This document shows positions 45,201 to 51,361 of a DNA stretch of 51,361 bases, piece after piece. Made by a program: the position numbers and the translations under genes. Within the stretch, counting starts at the first letter, position 1; every line of letters begins with the position of its first letter. This DNA is from Verrucomicrobiota bacterium (GTDB lineage: Bacteria; Verrucomicrobiota; Verrucomicrobiia; Limisphaerales; Palsa-1400). Location: the NCBI GenBank assembly GCA_050011995.1, contig JBEKIA010000001.1, positions 1 to 51,361 of the forward strand, written 5' to 3'. Below the pieces are notes generated by a model. It was not told where the DNA came from. It worked only from the letters and a program-made list of their open reading frames with translations, and searched no databases.

Positions 45201-45424
45201 ATTGGCCGGTCGGTGTATATTGTTCGGCGGGCAGCTTTAAGGAAACAACCGAAGGCATCTGGACGGCCGAATTGCCCGCCGGCGACTACAAGGCGCAAGT
45301 TCGTGTCACCGGACAGCGCCTTACCGAGTTGCTTTTGCAGGGCGAGGCTTCGTTCACCGTTCCCGGCAATCCGGTCTCCGGCACACTCGACCTCGGCGAA
45401 ATTCTTCTTGAGAAGGCGCAGTAA
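42257..45424 (+). CDS. ECF sigma factor (regions 2 and 4) fused in one ORF to a TM segment and about 800 aa of CarboxypepD_reg-like repeats
   Basis: Region 2: [42 protein letters not shown]. Region 4: [60 protein letters not shown]. Then repeated G.V.D..G.P..GA.V modules. There is no stop between the parts. Confidence 0.8.
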   Translation: [1055 protein letters not shown]

Positions 45425-45473
45425 AGCCCTTGCAGGAGGCTGCCTGCTCCTCGAGAACGTCACCAAATGAACC

Positions 45474-48212
45474 CTATTTCTTTTCCGCCGCCGATTCGAA
45501 ACGCAAATAGACGGTGCCGTGATACGGCTCGCGCGCCAGCGGCGTGGTGGCCTGCGGGCCGCTCCCGCTGGCGGCTTGAAACTTGCTGCCCATGGCCGGG
45601 ATGTCGCGCAACACGGCCAGATTGCCCGGCGGAAAGGTCAGCAGCGCCCTCATCGCCAGGTTGGCCGGGGGCATTTTGGGCGTGCCGACGCGCACGAAGG
45701 TGTGTTCGTCGGGGATCATGAGGGTGAGCGCGCCCTCGGTCGTCGTCAACTGGAGCCAGCGCACGTTGGCGAAATAACCGGCGAATTCGGGAAAGACCCA
45801 ATCCTTGTAGCCCGCCACCGTCGTGTTGTAAGCCGTGTCCCAGACACCCAGGGTGGCGCCCTTGAGCCGGTTGCGCCAAACCCGGTAAGGGCCGTCGCCC
45901 AGCCAGGTTTTCTTGACCATATTCTCCTCGGGATAGTTGAAGGCCACGCCCACGACATTGGACTGCGCCGCCGGATCCACAGCGTATTCCAGTTTGAGCC
46001 AGCCGGAATCGAGCATCGTCCAATGGGCCTGCGGAATCGGCCCGCTGGTCAGGGAGAACTTCTGCCCGTCAACCGTCACACCCGTAAGACTGCCCGTGTC
46101 CGTTGCGACGGACGCTTTGGTGTGATTGTCTGCCAAAACGGTCGTGCCACCCTCCGTAGCGCCCTCATGCGTCCGGCCCGCGGGCGCGAAGTTCGCATTC
46201 GCCCGCAACGGCCAGACCCAGGTCCACAATTCGCGTCCGGCGGGATTGAGAGCCTTGACTTCCAGCGCGTCGGCGTTGCTGCTTTTCCAATCGGCAGGCA
46301 GGCCGGCCTTGATTGCGCCGGAGCGGCCGGGAGCGACATCCGGGCCGGGGATCGAGCCGTTGGCGATGGTGAGCGAGCCGGGCATGGGAGCGCCGCCTCC
46401 AGGCATTGGCTCGAACCGCCGCAGCCGCCAAGTGAAGCTGCATTTGGAGAGGTTGATGAACTCGTAACGATTTTCCACCGGCAATGTGCCGTCGAAATTG
46501 GACGGCAACACGCTCGGCAATTGCACCGGGGAATAAACCTGCTTGATGGTGAAAAAGCTGCCTTCCTTTTCCCGGTACGGCCCGAGGATGCCGTCGGGCG
46601 CCTGGTTGCCCTTCACGTCAATAAAATTGTTGGTGGTATCCACGCGCTTGACGCCTTCGTCGGCAAAGACCCAGATGAAACCGCCCGCCGAAGTCTTGCT
46701 GCCGCGCATGGCATTCCAATAATCGTCCAGGCCCGACCCCGCCCCGCCGTCGAAGAGGCCGTGCAAAAACTCGGTGGGCATGACGATGTCATTGCCCGCC
46801 AGCGATTGCACCAGGGCGTTGTAGGTTGGGTAGTGCCTGTCAAGAATATCTCCAAACTTCCCGCCGCCGGGATGCTCGACAATGCGGCGCTGCGGATCCA
46901 GCGGGGCGTAGTCGCCGTCCAGGGCCGTGTTCCAACCGCCTTCGTTGCCGTTGTCCCACATCACGATGCAGGGATGGTTCACGTCGCGCGGGACCATTTC
47001 TTGTATTTTCGCCCGGCCTATATCGGTGTCGTATTTGTGCTGCCAGCCGGCCAGTTCGTCCAGCACGTAAAGGCCCATTTCATCGCACGCATCCAGAAAC
47101 TCCTTGTCCGGCGGATAATGCGACATCCGCGCCGCGTCCATGTTCATTTCCTGAATCAACCCGACATCGAGCCGGGCAATGCGGCCGGAGGAGGACCTGC
47201 CGAGCGTCGGCCAGGCGGTGTGATGACAAACGCCCCGGAACAGGACGCGCTGGCCGTTAAGATAAATGCCGTCGCCCGCCCGCACCTCGATGGTGCGAAA
47301 TCCAAAACGCTGCTCGATTTCGTGCGCCACCTCCGCCCCCTGCTTGAGCCGCACCACGGCGGTGTAGAGCGCGGGCGTTTCCGCCGTCCACAACTTCGGC
47401 TTCGCCACTTGTGTAACCACATTGCCCGCCGCCACCGGGACGGAGACGGGGAGGGCGGCGGTATTTCCCTGCGCGTCCAGGAGGGTCACTTCCACCGCAT
47501 CCGCGACGCCTTGGCCGCCCAGATAATAATTCATGGCGAAGGAGCCGTCGGCGCGGGCGTCAATGGCCACTCGGTCCACGAACTGCGTTGGCACGGCGTC
47601 CAGCCAGACGGGACGGAAAATGCCGCCGAAGGCCCAGTAATCGGCTTCGCGCTCGGCGCGGTTGACCGAGGCGTCGGCGGATTTGTCGCTCACGGTGACT
47701 TCGAGCAAATTGTCGCCGCCGAATTGGAGCCGTCCGGTGACATCATATCTGAAACGGTAGAACGCGCCCTGGTGCGGCGGCCCGGCTTCCTGCCCGTTGA
47801 TCTTCACCGCGGCATCGGTCATCACGCCCTCGAAGACCAGGAACACGCGCCGTCCGCGCCAACTGTCCGGGACCGAAAAGCGGTGGCGGTAATTGGACAC
47901 AATGGGCTGGTAGTTTCTGTCCTCCGTGCCGTAACGGAAGGTCCCGAACCCCTGCGTTTCCCAGCAGGACGGCACGGCGATATTGGTCCAGAAACCGCTG
48001 TTGCGGCCTGAGGTGCAGAAAAACTCCCAAGGCACAGTGTTTTCGGCGTCGCGGCCGGATAGGTACTGGCTATAGGTGTACGGTCCGGAATTGAAGTCTA
48101 TCGTCTCCTGCGCCGCGGCGGGAGTGGCGCTGGAGAGCCAGGCGCCCCAGACGGCGGCGGCCAGCAAAATGAAACGGCCAGTTCTGAAGGAGTGATGTTT
48201 TCTGCTTTTCAT
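45474..48212 (-). CDS. Glycoside hydrolase family 2 enzyme with signal peptide
   Basis: Sugar-binding domain VFLVFEGVMTDAAVKINGQEAG..HQGAFYRFRYDVT; catalytic region FRGVCHH, MSHYPP and VMWDNGNEGG are present. Confidence 0.85.
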   Translation of the reverse strand: MKSRKHHSFRTGRFILLAAAVWGAWLSSATPAAAQETIDFNSGPYTYSQYLSGRDAENTVPWEFFCTSGRNSGFWTNIAVPSCWETQGFGTFRYGTEDRNYQPIVSNYRHRFSVPDSWRGRRVFLVFEGVMTDAAVKINGQEAGPPHQGAFYRFRYDVTGRLQFGGDNLLEVTVSDKSADASVNRAEREADYWAFGGIFRPVWLDAVPTQFVDRVAIDARADGSFAMNYYLGGQGVADAVEVTLLDAQGNTAALPVSVPVAAGNVVTQVAKPKLWTAETPALYTAVVRLKQGAEVAHEIEQRFGFRTIEVRAGDGIYLNGQRVLFRGVCHHTAWPTLGRSSSGRIARLDVGLIQEMNMDAARMSHYPPDKEFLDACDEMGLYVLDELAGWQHKYDTDIGRAKIQEMVPRDVNHPCIVMWDNGNEGGWNTALDGDYAPLDPQRRIVEHPGGGKFGDILDRHYPTYNALVQSLAGNDIVMPTEFLHGLFDGGAGSGLDDYWNAMRGSKTSAGGFIWVFADEGVKRVDTTNNFIDVKGNQAPDGILGPYREKEGSFFTIKQVYSPVQLPSVLPSNFDGTLPVENRYEFINLSKCSFTWRLRRFEPMPGGGAPMPGSLTIANGSIPGPDVAPGRSGAIKAGLPADWKSSNADALEVKALNPAGRELWTWVWPLRANANFAPAGRTHEGATEGGTTVLADNHTKASVATDTGSLTGVTVDGQKFSLTSGPIPQAHWTMLDSGWLKLEYAVDPAAQSNVVGVAFNYPEENMVKKTWLGDGPYRVWRNRLKGATLGVWDTAYNTTVAGYKDWVFPEFAGYFANVRWLQLTTTEGALTLMIPDEHTFVRVGTPKMPPANLAMRALLTFPPGNLAVLRDIPAMGSKFQAASGSGPQATTPLAREPYHGTVYLRFESAAEKK

Positions 48213-48243
48213 CCAAGCGTTCTAAACCTGCCGCTTGGCGGAA

Positions 48244-49374
48244 TCAAGACTTCAAATTCAGCGCGCGCAACGCCGCGGCCACGACCGCCTCGCAAGTGAT
48301 GCCCCTCATGCAACGGAAATCTATGGGACACTCGCGCCGGAAACAAGGGGCGCATGGAATTCCGGGCGCGCGCAGGATTTGCGCGCCGGCGGACAGGAGC
48401 GGCCCGGTCATTTCCGGCGAGGTGCTGCCGAAGGGAACCACGACCGGCGTGCCGACGGCGGCGGCCAGGTGCATGGGGCCGCTGTCGTTGGTCAGCAGCA
48501 GGCGGCAGGACTGGAGCGCGCCAGCCAGTTCGCGCAAGGTGGTCTTTCCGGCCAGGTTGATGACCGGGGGGAGTTGCCGGCCCAGGCCGGTGGAGACGGC
48601 CTGGGCGATTGGGCGGTCGGACGGCCCGCCAAAAATAATCCAGCGGCAGCGCGTGGCCTGGTGGATGGCGATGCCGGCGGCGACGAAGGATTCCACAGGC
48701 CAGCGCTTGGCCGGGCCGTACTCGGCGCCGGGGTTCAATCCCAGGAGGGGGCGGTCTTCGTGCGCGGCTGGAAGGCCCAGGCGGGCCGCGGTTTTTTCAG
48801 ATTCTTCTTGACTAACGGTGATGCGGGGCGGCAAAGGCTCGCAGGAGGCGCCCAACGCGGCCGCCAGCCGCAGGTAATCGTGGATGTGATGGGCGGACGG
48901 CGGAACCGGGGGCGGACTTTCCACGCGGGCGATCAAGCGCCGGATTTCTCCGGCGGACCGCCGGCGCATGGCCAGGGCGCCCGAACGCGGCGGGACCGGA
49001 TGCGTCAGGAATAAGGTTCGCCAAGGGCGGGCATAACCGGCGCGTTGCGGAATTCCCGCCAGCCAAAGTTCCAGGGCGGAGCGGAGGGAATTGGGAAAGG
49101 CGGCGGCGGAGGAGAATTTTTTCGAGCGCAGGCGGCGGGCGGTTTGCCAAAGAGTGTCGGCGGGGGAAAAGAGCAGCAGTTCATCGAAAAAGGGCTGTCC
49201 TTCCCAGAGACCGGCCAGCTTTTCGGGCGCGAGCAGGGTGATGCGGGCGCCCGGTTTGGCTTCGCGCAGGCGTTGCAGCGCCGGGACGCTCATCACGGCG
49301 TCGCCCAGCCAGTTGACGCCGCGCACGAGGATCTTTTCGCCGGCGGAAACGTCATGGGCAGCGGGTGGGTTCAT
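48244..49374 (-). CDS. waaF: GT9 ADP-heptose:LPS heptosyltransferase (WaaF-like)
   Basis: KILVRGVNWLGDAVMSVPALQRLREAKPGARITLL, TNDSGPMHLAAAVGTP and CAPCFRRECP are present. Confidence 0.7.
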   Translation of the reverse strand: MNPPAAHDVSAGEKILVRGVNWLGDAVMSVPALQRLREAKPGARITLLAPEKLAGLWEGQPFFDELLLFSPADTLWQTARRLRSKKFSSAAAFPNSLRSALELWLAGIPQRAGYARPWRTLFLTHPVPPRSGALAMRRRSAGEIRRLIARVESPPPVPPSAHHIHDYLRLAAALGASCEPLPPRITVSQEESEKTAARLGLPAAHEDRPLLGLNPGAEYGPAKRWPVESFVAAGIAIHQATRCRWIIFGGPSDRPIAQAVSTGLGRQLPPVINLAGKTTLRELAGALQSCRLLLTNDSGPMHLAAAVGTPVVVPFGSTSPEMTGPLLSAGAQILRAPGIPCAPCFRRECPIDFRCMRGITCEAVVAAALRALNLKS

Positions 49375-49423
49375 CCGAAAACGAGGTTTTGTAATTTCAC
49401 GGCAAGGGCATGACTGCGGGCCG

Positions 49424-50659
49424 TCAGCGCAGGCAGATTTTGCGCACGCAATCCGCGAAGTCCTGCGCGCCGTTGAGTATTTTTATTTCCACCCGCATGA
49501 AAAAGATCGGCACGTCGCGCCGGTCAATTTTGGGGAAACGGACGGCGTCCTTTTGGGTGGTGACAATGATTTCGGCCTGGCGCTTTTTGCCGCGGTTGAT
49601 GACGTTGAGGATTTCCTGCTGGGTGAAACGGTGGTGATCGGCGAAACGCTTGGCATAGACCAGCTCGCCGCACAGTTGGATGAGGCTTTGCTCGAAGCTT
49701 TCCGGCTGGGCGATGCCGCTGAGCGAGGCGACACGTTTGCCTTGCAGGAAGTCCAGGTCCTTTTGTTCGCCGGTGAAAACATCCTCGAAGTAAAGGGGGT
49801 GGTGAATGCACTCGATGATGCCGGCCGCCGGATTGTAACGGGCGATGCGCTGGCGGAGTTGGGCGGTGTTGCCGTCGCTCTTGGTGATGAAGATGGTGCT
49901 GGCCCGGGCCAGATGGGAATGAGGCTCGCGCAACGTGCCGCGCGGCAGCAACTTTTCATTGCCGAATGGCTGCTGGCAATCAATCAGGACAATGTCCTGG
50001 CGGCGGCCGGCCAGTTTCCAGTATTGAAATCCATCGTCCAGCAGCAGGGTGTCGCAACCGAAATTCTCGATGGCGTATCGCCCGCTTTTCACCCGGTCCT
50101 TGTCCACCAGCACCACCACGTCCTTGAGGTTGGAGGCCAGCATGTAAGGCTCGTCGCCGGCGGTGTCGGAATCCAGCAGGAGCGATTTGCCGTCGGAGAC
50201 AACCCGGGGCGGAGTGGAATCGGAACGAAACAGGACCAGGTTGAGGAGCCACTGGGCGAAAGGCTCGGGTTTGGAGCGGTAGCCGCGGGTCAGGATGGCG
50301 ACGGTGCGGCCTTGATTTTGCAGTTCGCGCGCGAATTTTTCCACAACCGGGGTCTTGCCCGTGCCGCCGACGGTGAGATTGCCGATGGCGATGACCTGAA
50401 TGCCCAGGGTGGTATCGCGCAGGATGCGGGCGTGGATGAGAAAGCGGTGGATTTGGACGTAGAGTTGGACCATTTTGGAGCAAAGGAAGAGAAAGGAGCG
50501 AAACACCGCCGCGCCCTTGCCGCGGCGCTGTTCAAAAATCACTTCCAGGCCGAACGTGTAGAAAGCGTCCAGCCATGCGCGCAGTGTTTCCGTCATGTCA
50601 TCGTCCAGTGTGCCAAGCGAGGCGGCGAAGGGAAATGCAAAATGCGGAGCCGCCGGCAT
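49424..50659 (-). CDS. lpxK: Tetraacyldisaccharide 4'-kinase
   Basis: VIAIGNLTVGGTGKTPVVEKFARELQNQGRTVAILTRGYRSK is present. The start may be the internal ATG at 50596. Confidence 0.85.
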   Translation of the reverse strand: MPAAPHFAFPFAASLGTLDDDMTETLRAWLDAFYTFGLEVIFEQRRGKGAAVFRSFLFLCSKMVQLYVQIHRFLIHARILRDTTLGIQVIAIGNLTVGGTGKTPVVEKFARELQNQGRTVAILTRGYRSKPEPFAQWLLNLVLFRSDSTPPRVVSDGKSLLLDSDTAGDEPYMLASNLKDVVVLVDKDRVKSGRYAIENFGCDTLLLDDGFQYWKLAGRRQDIVLIDCQQPFGNEKLLPRGTLREPHSHLARASTIFITKSDGNTAQLRQRIARYNPAAGIIECIHHPLYFEDVFTGEQKDLDFLQGKRVASLSGIAQPESFEQSLIQLCGELVYAKRFADHHRFTQQEILNVINRGKKRQAEIIVTTQKDAVRFPKIDRRDVPIFFMRVEIKILNGAQDFADCVRKICLR

Positions 50660-50834
50660 TTTTTCTTTGACAACCCGCGCCCGTCTTCTGATCCTTCCCC
50701 CTCGAGAAGGGCAACGCCAGGAAGGAGCCTGGTCCCGGCGACCGGAACCCGCTCGCGGAGGTCCGGCCTGCTGCCCCGCCCCGCCGGAAAAATAATATGT
50801 TGCCTTTTCCCGGCGGCGTAAATGTACCTGTGAA

Positions 50835-51361
50835 ATGACGAACGATGACCTGACGCTGCTGCGGGAATACTCCCGGCGCCATTGCGAGGATGCGTTCGCC
50901 GCGCTCGTCTCGCGGCACGTCCCTCTGGTCTATTCCGTCGCGCTGCGGCAGGTGCGCGACCCGCATTTGGCGGAGGAAATCACGCAGGCAGTCTTCATTA
51001 TCCTGGCGCGCAAGGCGGCGTCGCTCGGCCCGAAGACGATTTTACCCGGCTGGCTTTGCCGCACAGCCCGTTACGCCAGCGCCAACGCGCTGACCATGGA
51101 ACGGCGGCGGCAGCGCCGCGAACAGGAGGCGCACATGCAGTCTATTTTGAACCAATCCGAACCCGGGCCCTGGCGGCAAATCGCTCCCTTGCTGGACGGA
51201 GCGATGGATCAGCTTGGGCAAAAGGACCACGACGCCGTCGTGCTGCGATTTTTTGAAGGCAGAAGTTTCAAGGAAGTCGGCGCAGCGCTGGGCGCGAGCG
51301 AGGACGCGGCCAAGATGCGTGTGAACCGCGCGCTGGAAAAGCTGCGGAAATACTTTGTCAA
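50835..51361 (+). CDS. ECF sigma factor, paralog of the N-terminus of 42257..45424; 3' end outside the window (not in the ORF track because it has no stop)
   Basis: My translation from ATG 50835: MTNDDLTLLREYSRRHCEDAFAALVSRHVPLVYSVALRQVRDPHLAEEITQAVFIILARKA...DHDAVVLRFFEGRSFKEVGAALGASEDAAKMRVNRALEKLRKYF. Confidence 0.8.
   Translation, partial: MTNDDLTLLREYSRRHCEDAFAALVSRHVPLVYSVALRQVRDPHLAEEITQAVFIILARKAASLGPKTILPGWLCRTARYASANALTMERRRQRREQEAHMQSILNQSEPGPWRQIAPLLDGAMDQLGQKDHDAVVLRFFEGRSFKEVGAALGASEDAAKMRVNRALEKLRKYFV

Noticed and set aside
45519-48011. 830-aa plus-strand ORF
   Set aside because: It is antisense to the GH2 gene, which has clear family motifs. The product is Arg/Gly/His-rich with no recognisable domain, so it is a typical high-GC shadow ORF.
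49091-50821. 576-aa plus-strand ORF
   Set aside because: It is antisense to lpxK and waaF, both with strong motifs, and has low-complexity composition.
1-51361. tRNA or rRNA genes
   Set aside because: Scanning intergenic regions for T-loop (GGTTCGAATCC-like) and D-loop signatures on both strands found nothing convincing.

Overview
High-GC bacterial chromosomal window. The taxonomic guess is Verrucomicrobiota or Planctomycetota-like, inferred only from gene content and repeat style: PATR/MBG adhesin, paralogous ECF sigma factors, and dispersed hairpin repeats. All product calls come from motifs I recognise in the translated ORFs; no searches were run.

Content from left to right:
- a degenerate HD-GYP-like protein (5' partial), ispD, and a 1156-aa secreted repeat adhesin
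- a repeat-rich non-coding block
- ctpA and tsaD
- an eight-gene Che-like operon: cheW, mcp, cheA, cheR, cheD, HDOD, cheB, and a REC/pseudo-REC/STAS protein
- a CpxP/Spy-like periplasmic protein, then a Na+/solute symporter with an AGE-family epimerase
- a second repeat-rich block holding gene fragments (IS66-like, PIN, ComM)
- a DUF2339/DUF3999 membrane pair
- an MFS/Zn-ADH/SDR sugar-type cluster
- an accessory, defence-island-like stretch (32-40 kb): two amino-methyltransferases flanking a double U32 protein, a RadC N-terminal stub translationally coupled to a methyltransferase/wHTH/nuclease-like fusion, a gene fragment, and a MazF-type TA pair
- DUF5069, a polysaccharide deacetylase, and a secreted tandem HMA-like protein with CCxxC motifs
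- an ECF sigma factor fused in one ORF to a membrane anchor and about 800 aa of CarboxypepD_reg-like repeats
- GH2, waaF-like and lpxK genes, and a second ECF sigma paralog cut by the window end

No rRNA, tRNA or CRISPR array was seen. Many long ORFs in the track are antisense shadow ORFs typical of high-GC DNA and are rejected.

Best candidates for something undescribed:
- the 32-40 kb modification/defence hotspot
- the Che-like pathway with a STAS output and a C9 slippery tract at the cheW/mcp junction
- the membrane-tethered sigma fusion
- the mirrored composite repeats bracketing 15 kb
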